In this document: piece by piece, positions 54,105 to 63,294 of the stretch
Position numbering within the stretch: the first letter of the stretch is position 1
Layout: each line of letters begins with the position of its first letter
NCBI GenBank assembly: GCA_035259575.1
Contig: DATFWE010000042.1
Location: 4,882-68,881 of the forward strand
Direction of reading: 5' to 3'
Length of the DNA stretch: 64,000 bases
Origin: Haliangiales bacterium
GTDB lineage: Bacteria; Myxococcota_A; Polyangia; Haliangiales; SHYZ01
The notes under the pieces: model-generated
What the model saw: the letters and a program-made list of their open reading frames with translations, nothing else
What the model was told of the DNA's origin: nothing
Database searches by the model: none
Program-made: the position numbers and the translations under genes

Positions 54105-55004
54105 ATGGACCCGGATCCGCGCTATCTCCACACGTTCCTCGTCGTCGGTCGCGAGCGCAGCTTCAGCCGCGCGGCGGCGATCCTGCACCGGACCCAGCCG
54201 GCGGTGAGCTACCAGATCCGGCGGCTGGAGCAGCAACTCGGCACGAGCCTCCTCGACCGCACCAGCCGGCACGCCAGCCTCACCCGCGCGGGACAGCAGC
54301 TCCACGATTTCTGCCAGCGGTTCTTCGACGAGCTCGAGCGGCTGCAGACGGCGCTGCGCTCCGGCTCGGCGATGGCGCTCGAGACGCTGCGCATCGCGTC
54401 GGTCAGCGGGTTCGGCCGATACGTCCTGTTCCCGCTGCTCGCGCGCCTGCCCGACCTGCCCTACTCGCTGCGCTTCCCCACCGCCGACCAGGTGTTCGCC
54501 GCGCTCGAGGACGGGGAATGCGACGTCGGTTTCGTGTACCTGCCGCGCGTGTCGAGCCGCCTCCTCACCGCGCCGGTGTGGCGTGAGGAGCTGGTGCTCG
54601 TGGCGCCGGGCGGCGGCCGCGGCCGGCGCATGCCGCAGCAGCTGCCCGGGTTCGAGGCCCTGTCCTTCGTCACCTACGACGAGAGCGAGTACGTCTTCGG
54701 CAAGTGGTTCGAAGCGCTGTTCGGACGCCAGCCGCGCGTGCTGCGCAGCCGGTACCATTTCGAGGAGCTCGAGGAGGTGGTGAGCACCGTCGCCGCGGGG
54801 CGGGGCTGGTCGATCGTCCCCGACCATGCGGTCGCCCAGGCCGCGCGCCGCGGCGACGTCGCGATCCTCCGCCACCCGCGCCGCCGCGTGCGCAACCTCA
54901 TCTACGCGGTGACGCGCGCCAACGCCCCCGCCCACCCGGCGGCGACGCACGTCATCGACGCGCTGCGCGCCGCCCGGCCGCGTTCTGTCTCGGGTTTTCG
55001 CTGA
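54105..55004 (+). CDS. LysR-family regulator
   Basis: RSFSRAAAILHRTQPAVSYQIRRLEQQLG..LLDR; divergent from the MBL fusion gene. Confidence 0.93.
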   Translation: MDPDPRYLHTFLVVGRERSFSRAAAILHRTQPAVSYQIRRLEQQLGTSLLDRTSRHASLTRAGQQLHDFCQRFFDELERLQTALRSGSAMALETLRIASVSGFGRYVLFPLLARLPDLPYSLRFPTADQVFAALEDGECDVGFVYLPRVSSRLLTAPVWREELVLVAPGGGRGRRMPQQLPGFEALSFVTYDESEYVFGKWFEALFGRQPRVLRSRYHFEELEEVVSTVAAGRGWSIVPDHAVAQAARRGDVAILRHPRRRVRNLIYAVTRANAPAHPAATHVIDALRAARPRSVSGFR

Positions 55005-55013
55005 CCGGCACGT

Positions 55014-56714
55014 CTAATCGTCGTCGCCGTTGCGGCGGAGGATCTCCCACGTCGCGTTGTCGCCGTGCTGCTGGGTGAAGAAGACGCGCCAGCCGTCGCG
55101 GAACGGCCGCGGGATGCTCGCGCCGAGGAGGCCGTCCCGGCCGGGATCCCCGTTGGACACGTGGATGCCGGTGATCTCGTTGTCGCCGTCGTTCTGGAAG
55201 CCGGGTGAGCCCGACAGCGCCGAGTCGATCGTCGCCGACGGATCGCGGCCCTCGGCGATGATCCGGATCGGCGCGTGGCTCGGGTCGGAGTAGTCGACGC
55301 GGACGTCGAACAGGAACGCCGAATCGAGGGCGTTGTGCTGGGTATGGAGCGTGTCGCCGCGGTCCTCGACGAAGACGATGCGATTCGCGTCCCAGAACGC
55401 GACGTTGTCGAAGCCGGCGTGGTCGAGATCGCCGCGGTAGAATAGGGCGAGGGTGCCGTGGTCGGCGGACGGCTCGGACTGGGTCAGCACGAACACGCCG
55501 CCGAAGCCGCCGAAGCCCGACCCGGCCTCGGTGAGCGCGTTGGTGTCGCCGGTTTCGTCGAAGAAGAAGCGGCGGAAGCCCGAGCCGGGCTGGAATTGGC
55601 CGTTCTCGGGCCGCTTGAACGGCGTCGCCAGCTTGGCCTTGGCGAGCGCATTGGCGCTGTACGGCGCGGTGCCGTCGACGGCGGTGTCGTGGAGGGTGAC
55701 CCAGTGGGTCTCGAACACCTTGCCGTAGGTGTGCAGGTCCCCGACGTCGGGCGACAGGATGTCGGCGTCCGCCTGGCCGGCGTGGAACGCGATCGGCTGG
55801 CCGGTCCGGAGGGAGATCACCTGGAGCGCCTGAAGCTTGCCTTCCTTCAGGTTCCCCGGATCGCCGGGGACGTACCGGTAGATGAAGCTGTTGGGCTGGC
55901 GCGCGCGGCGGTTCACGGTGCCGGTCGGTCCGCCGACGTCCTCGACGATCCACACGTTTCCGTCCGAATCGTTCTGGATGCCCTCGTAGCCGCCGCGGCC
56001 GACCGCGCCGGAGATGTCCTCGACCTGCGACGGGAAATCGAGCGTCGCCTGCCACACGCCCCCGTTGGCGCCGGCCTCGAACGTGAACAGCAGTCGCCGG
56101 GCGAACGGATCCCAGGTCGATCCGTCGAAGGTGGGAATGCGGTTGCCCGCGACGTCGTGGGAGGCGAGCAGCGTCACCCGGTGCAAGTCGTCGGCGTCGA
56201 GGTTGATGCGCGAGATGAAGCCCACGCCGCGGGCGCCATTCTCGTGTCCCTGGAACAGGAAGTGACGCCCGTAGTCGTAGCCGGGGTCGGCGCCGTGCTG
56301 GCCGCGCAGGACGAGATAGGTGTTCTTGTCGGGCTCCGTCTTGGTCGCCTCGACGTTGTGCGTCGCGGACTGCACGTCGCCCGGCGCCGGCAGCATCGGG
56401 CCGTTGCCGTTGTAGCCGTAGTGGGTGAGGTCGACCGTCGTGCCGTCGGCGAGCGTGACCCTGGCCGGGTTCTCCAGGGGGGTCGAACCCTGCGCCACCG
56501 CGGTGGCGAAGAGCTCGGGGGAATACACGTTCGGGGACGTGACGCCGGGGCTCTTGGTGTTCGCGGCGGCCACAGGCGTCAAGCCCACCCCGTCCTCGTC
56601 GCGGCCGCGGTCCTCGGCGGAGATCGCGCCGACGCCCTCCGTCGGGCGGGGGGGCTCGGACGAGCAGGCGGTCGCGAGCAGCAGGGACAAGGACACCAGT
56701 CGATGGATTCGCAT
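55014..56714 (-). CDS. PhoX-like (DUF839) alkaline phosphatase family lipoprotein
   Basis: AAGGAGG SD; LATAC lipobox; GHEN, YEG, IVED, FKRPEN, FDNV, VED, EITG and QH beta-propeller motifs. Confidence 0.7.
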   Translation of the reverse strand: MRIHRLVSLSLLLATACSSEPPRPTEGVGAISAEDRGRDEDGVGLTPVAAANTKSPGVTSPNVYSPELFATAVAQGSTPLENPARVTLADGTTVDLTHYGYNGNGPMLPAPGDVQSATHNVEATKTEPDKNTYLVLRGQHGADPGYDYGRHFLFQGHENGARGVGFISRINLDADDLHRVTLLASHDVAGNRIPTFDGSTWDPFARRLLFTFEAGANGGVWQATLDFPSQVEDISGAVGRGGYEGIQNDSDGNVWIVEDVGGPTGTVNRRARQPNSFIYRYVPGDPGNLKEGKLQALQVISLRTGQPIAFHAGQADADILSPDVGDLHTYGKVFETHWVTLHDTAVDGTAPYSANALAKAKLATPFKRPENGQFQPGSGFRRFFFDETGDTNALTEAGSGFGGFGGVFVLTQSEPSADHGTLALFYRGDLDHAGFDNVAFWDANRIVFVEDRGDTLHTQHNALDSAFLFDVRVDYSDPSHAPIRIIAEGRDPSATIDSALSGSPGFQNDGDNEITGIHVSNGDPGRDGLLGASIPRPFRDGWRVFFTQQHGDNATWEILRRNGDDD

Positions 56715-56834
56715 CGGACACCTCCTTGGAAGCCCTTCCGTCAGGCGGGGCACGTGTACGCCCCACGCGGACCGGCGGCAAACCACATTCCGGAAACGAA
56801 TCGTCGACGGACGGGGTGCAGACCACCCCTTGAT

Positions 56835-58094
56835 CTAGGGGAACAGACCGCGGATGCGGGTCGCGTCGGCGACGCGGCTCACGGCCCGGATGTACGCGGC
56901 CGTGCGCATGTCGGTCTTGTGGGCGACGGACGTCTCGTGCACCTCGGCGAACGCCTTCTTCATGATCGTCTCCAGGTGCCGGTTGATGGTGGCCTCGTCC
57001 CAGAAGAACGAGCTCAGCCCCTGCACCCACTCGAAATAGGACACCGTCACGCCGCCCGCGTTGGCGAGGATGTCGGGCACGACGAACGTGCCCTTGTCGC
57101 GCAGGATGTCGTCCGCCATCGGCGTCGTCGGGCCGTTGGCCGCCTCGACGATGATGCGCGCCCTGACCCGCGCCGCGTTGCCGCGGTGGATCTGGTTTTC
57201 CAGCGCCGCTGGGATGAGGACGTCGCACGGCAGCTCGAGCAGCTGCTCGTTGCTGATGGGTTCGGCTTCCGGGTAGCCGACCAACGTATGGTGCGCGTCC
57301 TTCCACGCCTGCACCCCCGCCGGATCGAGACCGCGCGGATTGTGGATGCCGCCCCGCGAATCCGACACCGCTACGATGCGCGCGCCGTCGAGGTGGAGCA
57401 GCCGGGCCACGGTGGCGCCGGCATTGCCGAACCCCTGCACCGCCACCGTCGCGCGGTCCGGGGGGACGTTGCGGACGCGGCACGCCTCGCGCACGATGTA
57501 CTGGCAGCCGCGGCCCGTGGCTTCGCGCCGTCCTTCGGAGCCCCCGACCTCGAGGGGCTTGCCGGTAACGACGCCGAGCGCGGAATGGCCCGCCACCATG
57601 CTGTACGTGTCGAGCATCCACGCCATGGTCTGGGCGTTGGTGTTGACGTCGGGCGCCGGGATGTCGGTCTCCGGCCCGATGAACGACGAGATCTCGAACG
57701 TGAACCGCCGCGTGATGCGCTCGAGCTCGCCCAGCGACAGCTGCTTGGGGTTGCAGCGCACGCCACCCTTGCCGCCCCCGTAGGGGATGTTGACCACCGC
57801 GCATTTCCACGTCATCCACGAGGCCAGCGCGCGCACCTCGTCGAGCGTGACGTCGGGGTGGAAGCGGACCCCGCCCTTGCACGGCCCGCGCGCGATGTTG
57901 TGCTGGACGCGGTAGCCCTCGAAGATGCCGACCGCGCCCGAGTCCATCTTGATCGGGACGCTGACCACCAGCGAGCGCTTGGGCGACGCCAACCACAGCC
58001 GCATGTCCGCATCCAGATGGATCGCGTCGGCCGCGCGCTCGAGCTGCTCGCGCGCGATGTGGAACGGATTCAGGTTCTCTTCGATCGCTGCCAT
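56835..58094 (-). CDS. gdhA: Glutamate dehydrogenase (Glu/Leu/Phe/Val family)
   Basis: KGGVRFHP, KCAVVNIPYGGGKGG, DIPAPD, QGFGNAG and NAGGVTVSYFEW; GGAGG SD. Confidence 0.93.
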   Translation of the reverse strand: MAAIEENLNPFHIAREQLERAADAIHLDADMRLWLASPKRSLVVSVPIKMDSGAVGIFEGYRVQHNIARGPCKGGVRFHPDVTLDEVRALASWMTWKCAVVNIPYGGGKGGVRCNPKQLSLGELERITRRFTFEISSFIGPETDIPAPDVNTNAQTMAWMLDTYSMVAGHSALGVVTGKPLEVGGSEGRREATGRGCQYIVREACRVRNVPPDRATVAVQGFGNAGATVARLLHLDGARIVAVSDSRGGIHNPRGLDPAGVQAWKDAHHTLVGYPEAEPISNEQLLELPCDVLIPAALENQIHRGNAARVRARIIVEAANGPTTPMADDILRDKGTFVVPDILANAGGVTVSYFEWVQGLSSFFWDEATINRHLETIMKKAFAEVHETSVAHKTDMRTAAYIRAVSRVADATRIRGLFP

Positions 58095-58170
58095 GGGCTG
58101 GTCCTCCGGCTTTTCGGGAGAATCTAGCCGACTCCGACAGGAGCGGTCGAGCGACGGCCGCACACCACGG

Positions 58171-58320
58171 TCAGTGGAGGAGATCGAAATCGAAGCTCGT
58201 TTCCGGGGCATTCGACAGCAGGAACTCCAACTTGGTCGTCTTGGCGGAAGCGGTACGCCCCCCGAACGCCGCAGCGGCCAGCACGATCGCAGCGATAGCT
58301 ATCCTCTGGGATGAGCTCAT
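58171..58320 (-). CDS. 49-aa small ORF with a signal peptide (absent from the track)
   Basis: AAAGGAGAGG SD; MSSSQRIAIAAIVLAAAAFGGRTASA-KTTKLEFLLSNAPETSFDFDLLH. Confidence 0.5.
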   Translation of the reverse strand: MSSSQRIAIAAIVLAAAAFGGRTASAKTTKLEFLLSNAPETSFDFDLLH

Positions 58321-58404
58321 GTGCCTCTCCTTTCGAGGAAAACTCAGGATGGGCGTTTCTGGACGATGGCTAGCACACTTCCCTCGAAGAGGGGGAGGCG
58401 CGAG

Positions 58405-61398
58405 TCATTGGGTCCACGCGCCGAGATCGATGACGTATCGATCGCACCAATCGGCGACGGTGCAGACGTGCTGCGCGTCCGGCGGCCGAGAGGGGTCGAA
58501 ATACCGCCAGCCCGAAGGTCCCAAGATGCGTGCGGCGCACTTGGGCCCCCGGCACTCGTGTCGGAGGGTCATGGGGACGCCGGGGAACGTGGGGGGCTGC
58601 AGCCCCGGCTGGTAGACGTGCATGTAGGGGACGCCGTCGAATCCCCAGTGATCGTCTCCGTAGCAACAGTCGCCGGCGGTGTGCGTCGACGCGTCGGGGA
58701 ACATATCCGAGCAGGCGGTCGTCGTTTGCGGCGGCGGCTGCATCGTTGCGCCGCTCTGCTCTCCGGACTGCGTGGCCGTGTGGGTGAACATGCACCCCGG
58801 CTGGTTGGTGAAGACGTAGTACTCCGTCTCGTGCTGGTGCTGGTGCACGTGGGTCGCCGGTTGTGAATTCACCATGTCGCGCTCGGCGTGGAACACCACC
58901 CCGCCGGGCTTGAACGGCGGTTCGAAGTAGGCCACGACTGCCGTGTAGTGGGTGTCGCCGCCGGAGTCGAGGTACTGGGTGTCGAAGTCGTAATCGTAGC
59001 GCGTGCAGCCGTCCGGCGGCGGGCCCGCGCAGCTCGCGACGCAGTCGTTGGTGTAGAGCCGAACGTTGGCGTCCGCGTTGCGATCGAGGTTGCCGATCGT
59101 CACCTTCACCTCGAGCGCCGGTTGCGGCGTAGGACAGCTCGGGGCCCAACGCACGACGATGTTGTTGCGGAGCGGCGTCGTCAGGACGACGTCGTCGCTT
59201 CCGTCGAGTCTCAGGTTGGTGAGGGGTGCGAGCGTCGTCGGCTGCGGATCCCCGGCCACGGCGTCGCCCTCGATGGCCACGATGGTCACGCTCGGAACGG
59301 CGTACGCGGCCTTGACGCGCTCGATGTCCGACTTCGACACGTGCAGGTCGGCGCTGGCGAGCAGGCCCGGGAGATCGCTCGCCGACCACGGCTGCGGCGG
59401 GCGGGACACGAACTGTCCGGCGAGAAGGTCGAGGCTGTCGGCTTGACGATCCAGAAAGGTCACCTTGTGCGCGTTGTCCGCGAACAAGCGCAACCGCGAC
59501 GTGAAGGCGCCGCGCGCGTACACCTCGTGGACGATATCGACGCCGAAATTGCCGGCGACGTCGAGCTCGACTTCGGAGCGGCCGTCTTGATTGAGATCGA
59601 GGCGCGGATCGTGAAGGTCGTCGCCGAGGACGGTCATTGTCCCCTGCATCGTCATCATGTCGCGCAGCCGGCGAAAGTCGCGCATGTCGACCACGCCGTC
59701 GCCCTCGGCGTCGGACGGCGGCGAGCCGTCGCGCGTGAACCCGTCGGCGGTGCCGTCGTCAAAATCGGTCATCCATTCGAGAATGGCGGGCGTGCGGGGG
59801 CGAACGACGTCGAGGCCCGCGACGGCGAACAGGAGGTTGAGCCGGGCGCTCGTGGTCGAGCCGCCGCCGTCCTGCGCTGCGGCGTAGGGCCGGGCGGTGA
59901 GCAGCGTGCGGAGCTCGGCGTTGGTGAGGGTCGGCTCGATGGCGAGCAGGAACGCGGCGGCGCCGGCGACGAACGGCGCCGCGAACGACGTGCCGTGCGC
60001 CAGGGACATACCGTCGCTCGAGTCGGGATCGAGGACCGTGATTTGGTCCCCCGGCGCGAAGACGCCGCCGCCGTCGACGTTGCTGGACGCCGCGCGCACC
60101 GCCGGATCGGTGAGTCTCGCGGCTCCCGGGGTGAGGGCCTCCACGACGATGATGTCGTCGGCGACCCCCAAGGTGGGATCCTGCGCGGCCCACGCGAGGT
60201 CGGAGTGCAACGCCGACGGGAAATTCCCGAGGCCTTTCGGCGGGCAACTCGGCTGTCCGGCTCCGCCGCACTTGCCGCGCGATCGACAGAAACTTTCGCC
60301 TTCGAGCAACATCGGCCCGGAATCGTTCCCCGCCGAGTGCACGAAGAGGATCGGACCGTCGAGCTGGGCGGCCGCGACGATCCGCGCGATCAAAACCGCG
60401 CCGTCCGCCATCAGGGCTTGCATGGTCATCGGGTCGCACCGCCGGCCGTCCGGGACGCGCTGGCTCGGGTCGATGCGCGGATCACAGCGCTCCCACACGA
60501 CGCCGCCCATGCCATCGGGGTAGCTGGAGCAGGACGAGGAGATGGTGAAGCCCAGCGACAGGTTGACGACGCGCGGCCGCCGGACGCCGTTCAGAAGCGC
60601 CTGCAGCGCGCCGAGCTCGTTCGATTGGTACAGGTTTGGGAAACGCAGGTCGACGCCCTCGGCCACCAAGGTTACGAAGGGCGCGACGCCCTCGAGGAGC
60701 TTCTTGTTGAAAAAGTTGGCGCCGATGATGCCCGCGACGGCGGTGCCATGGGGGTCGGTCCCCCCGGGCGCCGTTTCGAGGATGCCCTCGAGGTCGGGGC
60801 TCATGAGCATCGGGGCATCCACGATACCGACCACGGGCGGCGGCCGACCCACGAGAGCGTCGGCGATCCGCCGGTTGAGATTCCACGCGGCGGGAGCGTC
60901 GATGTTGTTGAAGGCCCACTGCGTGCCGTCGAACCAGCGGTCGGGCGGTGCATCGCTCGGCGGCAGGCGCGTCTGGGCGATGGAAAGGTCCGGAGCGATG
61001 ACCGCCACGGCGGCGGCGCTGCGCAAAGTCATGTAGGCCGCGTCGACGACCTCCACGGTGGAGGCCTCGCCGCAATCGAGCAGCGCGACGCCCGCGCGGG
61101 CGAACATCCCGGCGACGTGACAACCCGACGACCCGAGGGCGGCGAGAAACGCGTCGGCGCTCGCCCCCGACGCTTTTGCCGTAAGTAGGAACCGCGGCGA
61201 AGTGTCTATTCCGAACAGCGGGTTGAAAGCCGGCGCGACGTCGGCGACGGCGAAGGGCTGCTCGACGAGGCCGGGCGGGGCGTCCGGGACCGTCGTGGAC
61301 GCATCCGCCGCCGGACGCGCATCCGCACTGTCCGGAGTGCTCTGCCCGTCGCCCGCGCAGCCCGCCGCGAGCAGGAGGACGAGGATGCGCCGCCGCAC
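58405..61398 (-). CDS. S8 (subtilase) serine peptidase lipoprotein with C-terminal Ca-binding-like loops and an unknown domain
   Basis: VVGIVD, HGTAVAGII, SAGND and GTSFAAPFVAG; GTG 61398 gives MRRRILVLLLAAG-C; DAEGDGVVDMRD and DLNQDG loops. Confidence 0.85.
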   Translation of the reverse strand: MRRRILVLLLAAGCAGDGQSTPDSADARPAADASTTVPDAPPGLVEQPFAVADVAPAFNPLFGIDTSPRFLLTAKASGASADAFLAALGSSGCHVAGMFARAGVALLDCGEASTVEVVDAAYMTLRSAAAVAVIAPDLSIAQTRLPPSDAPPDRWFDGTQWAFNNIDAPAAWNLNRRIADALVGRPPPVVGIVDAPMLMSPDLEGILETAPGGTDPHGTAVAGIIGANFFNKKLLEGVAPFVTLVAEGVDLRFPNLYQSNELGALQALLNGVRRPRVVNLSLGFTISSSCSSYPDGMGGVVWERCDPRIDPSQRVPDGRRCDPMTMQALMADGAVLIARIVAAAQLDGPILFVHSAGNDSGPMLLEGESFCRSRGKCGGAGQPSCPPKGLGNFPSALHSDLAWAAQDPTLGVADDIIVVEALTPGAARLTDPAVRAASSNVDGGGVFAPGDQITVLDPDSSDGMSLAHGTSFAAPFVAGAAAFLLAIEPTLTNAELRTLLTARPYAAAQDGGGSTTSARLNLLFAVAGLDVVRPRTPAILEWMTDFDDGTADGFTRDGSPPSDAEGDGVVDMRDFRRLRDMMTMQGTMTVLGDDLHDPRLDLNQDGRSEVELDVAGNFGVDIVHEVYARGAFTSRLRLFADNAHKVTFLDRQADSLDLLAGQFVSRPPQPWSASDLPGLLASADLHVSKSDIERVKAAYAVPSVTIVAIEGDAVAGDPQPTTLAPLTNLRLDGSDDVVLTTPLRNNIVVRWAPSCPTPQPALEVKVTIGNLDRNADANVRLYTNDCVASCAGPPPDGCTRYDYDFDTQYLDSGGDTHYTAVVAYFEPPFKPGGVVFHAERDMVNSQPATHVHQHQHETEYYVFTNQPGCMFTHTATQSGEQSGATMQPPPQTTTACSDMFPDASTHTAGDCCYGDDHWGFDGVPYMHVYQPGLQPPTFPGVPMTLRHECRGPKCAARILGPSGWRYFDPSRPPDAQHVCTVADWCDRYVIDLGAWTQ

Positions 61399-61410
61399 AT
61401 GGGCTTGGCG

Positions 61411-61426
61411 TGCATCGCGCATGCCC
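61411..61426 (-). promoter_or_regulatory. Possible sigma54 promoter
   Basis: Minus GGGCATGCGCGATGCA; GTG 61398 lies 14 nt after the -12 C. Confidence 0.4.
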
Positions 61427-61604
61427 GAGGTGCGCCCGCGTGGATTCGTGGACTTGCGCGCGCGCCCGCCGGTCGTTCGCGCGCACGCACCCTGGGGCGA
61501 CACAGGTACGGCTCATGGGGCACACGTCCGTGGTCATTTCGCTCGACCGGCGTATCGTCGACTCGCCCGGACGACGCGCGAGCCGCGCCGCGCGGCACGA
61601 AAAG

Positions 61605-61633
61605 TGTCCAGCGCGCGGCCGGCCGGGCGTTGT
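61605..61633 (+). promoter_or_regulatory. Putative ECF sigma promoter
   Basis: TGTCCA-N17-CGTTGT, repeated at 63247. Confidence 0.62.
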
Positions 61634-61653
61634 CAGGGTGACGGAGGTAGAAC

Positions 61654-61992
61654 ATGGCTGAATTCGCGTACCTGTACCGAGAGGTCGACAAGGGACCAGC
61701 GTCGCCGCAAGAGATGCAGGAGCGGCTGAAAAATTGGACGGCGTGGTTCCAGGATCTGCAGGCGAAGGGGCACATCAAGCAGCGCGGCGTGCCACTCACC
61801 GTCGGCGGCGCGACGGTCAAGGGCCGCGAGCGGCAGGTGCACGACGGCCCCTACGCGGAGTCGAAGGACATCGTCATGGGCGTGACGGTCGTCGAGGCGC
61901 GCGACCTGGCGCAGGCGATCGAGCTCGCCCGTGGCTGCCCCGTCCTGGACAGCGGCGGCCTCGTCGAGGTGCGGCCGGTCCGGCAGCTGTAG
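61654..61992 (+). CDS. YciI/DGPF-family protein
   Basis: VHDGPYAESKDIVMG..EARDLAQAIELARGCP..VEVRP. Confidence 0.92.
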   Translation: MAEFAYLYREVDKGPASPQEMQERLKNWTAWFQDLQAKGHIKQRGVPLTVGGATVKGRERQVHDGPYAESKDIVMGVTVVEARDLAQAIELARGCPVLDSGGLVEVRPVRQL

Positions 61993-61993
61993 C

Positions 61994-63229
61994 TTGGCGG
62001 CGCCCGACGACCTGCTGTTCCGTCGCGAAGCCGGCCGGCTGCTCGCGATGCTCACCCGCATGCTCGGGGTGGACAAGCTCGCCCTCGCCGAGGACGTGGT
62101 GCAGGACGCGCTGCTCACCGCGTTCCAGACCTGGCGGCTCACCGGCGTGCCCGAGCACTTCGCCGCCTGGCTGACCACGGCGGCGAGGAACCGCGCCATC
62201 AGCCTGCTGCGCCGCCAGCGGACCGCTCAGCGACTCGCGCCCGAGGTCGGCCGCTTCCTGGACGAGGAGCGCACGCCCCCGGCCGCCTCCCTCGAGGGCG
62301 ACGAGCTGAGGATGATGTTCTCCTGCTGCCAACCACGGCTGCGCGAGGAGGCGCAGGTCGCGCTGATCCTTCATCTCCTGTGCGGATTCTCCGTCGGCGA
62401 GGTGGCCGCCGCGTTCCTGGTCACCGAGGCCGCCATGCACAAGCGGCTGTCGCGCGGCAAGAAGGTCCTCGCCGAGTCGAAGCGGCTGTTCGAGCTCACC
62501 ACCGCCGATTTCGCGCCCCGCCTGTCGGCCGTGCAGCGCGCGCTGTACCTGCTGTTCAACGAGGGCTACCACGGCGCCGGCCCCGAGGTCGTCCGCGCCG
62601 AGCTGTGCCGCGAGGCCATGCGCTTGGCGCGCCTGCTCCTCGCCCACCCGCCCTCGGCCACGCCCGCCAGTCGCGCCCTCGCCGCGCTCATGTGCCTCGA
62701 CGCCGCGCGGCTGCCCGGGCGCGTCGACGACGCGGGCAACCTGACCGCGCTGTCCGAGCAGGATCGCTCGCGCTGGGACGCGTCGCTCATCGCCGAGGGT
62801 ATGGAGCTGCTCGAGGCCTCCGCCGCCGGCGAGGAGGTGACGCCGTACCACCTCGAGGCCGCGATCGCCGCGATCCACGCCGCCGCGGGCCGTGCCGAGG
62901 ACACGCGCTGGGGCGACATCGTGGACCTGTACGACGCGCTCCTGCGCATCCGCCCGTCGCCGGTGGTGGCGCTGAATCGCGCCATCTCCGTGGCCGAGCA
63001 CGCCGGACCGGAGCGCGGCCTGGAGGCGCTGGCGGCGATCGATGACCGGGATCGCCTGGCCGCCTACCCGTTTTTCACCGCCGCGATCGGCGAGCTCGAG
63101 CTGCGCAGCGGCCGGTTCGACCGGGCGCGCGAGCACTTCCGCGCGGCCTACGGGCTCGCGCGCAACGAGGGCGAGCGTCGCTTCCTGGAGCGCCGGATCG
63201 CCGAGTGCGACCGCCTCGCGCGGTCGTGA
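61994..63229 (+). CDS. ECF sigma factor with a long C-terminal TPR-like extension (ECF42-like)
   Basis: LAEDVVQDA..AWLTTAARNRAI, DELRMMFSCC.P, LYLLFNEGY, QDRSRWD, YHLEAAIAAIH and SPVVALNRA. Start is approximate (TTG). Confidence 0.9.
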   Translation: MAAPDDLLFRREAGRLLAMLTRMLGVDKLALAEDVVQDALLTAFQTWRLTGVPEHFAAWLTTAARNRAISLLRRQRTAQRLAPEVGRFLDEERTPPAASLEGDELRMMFSCCQPRLREEAQVALILHLLCGFSVGEVAAAFLVTEAAMHKRLSRGKKVLAESKRLFELTTADFAPRLSAVQRALYLLFNEGYHGAGPEVVRAELCREAMRLARLLLAHPPSATPASRALAALMCLDAARLPGRVDDAGNLTALSEQDRSRWDASLIAEGMELLEASAAGEEVTPYHLEAAIAAIHAAAGRAEDTRWGDIVDLYDALLRIRPSPVVALNRAISVAEHAGPERGLEALAAIDDRDRLAAYPFFTAAIGELELRSGRFDRAREHFRAAYGLARNEGERRFLERRIAECDRLARS

Positions 63230-63246
63230 CGTTCCTCCGAAAAATG

Positions 63247-63275
63247 TGTCCACGACGACCGGGCTGAAACGCTGT
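63247..63275 (+). promoter_or_regulatory. Putative ECF sigma promoter (second copy)
   Basis: TGTCCA-N17-CGCTGT upstream of the SDR gene. Confidence 0.62.
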
Positions 63276-63294
63276 TGCGGTTGGAGGAACAGCG

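Noticed and set aside
56745-56765. GG-N10-GC matches upstream of the PhoX-like gene (and near 58366-58385)
   Set aside because: They lack the TGGCAC and TTGC context, and bare GG-N10-GC is frequent by chance at this GC content.
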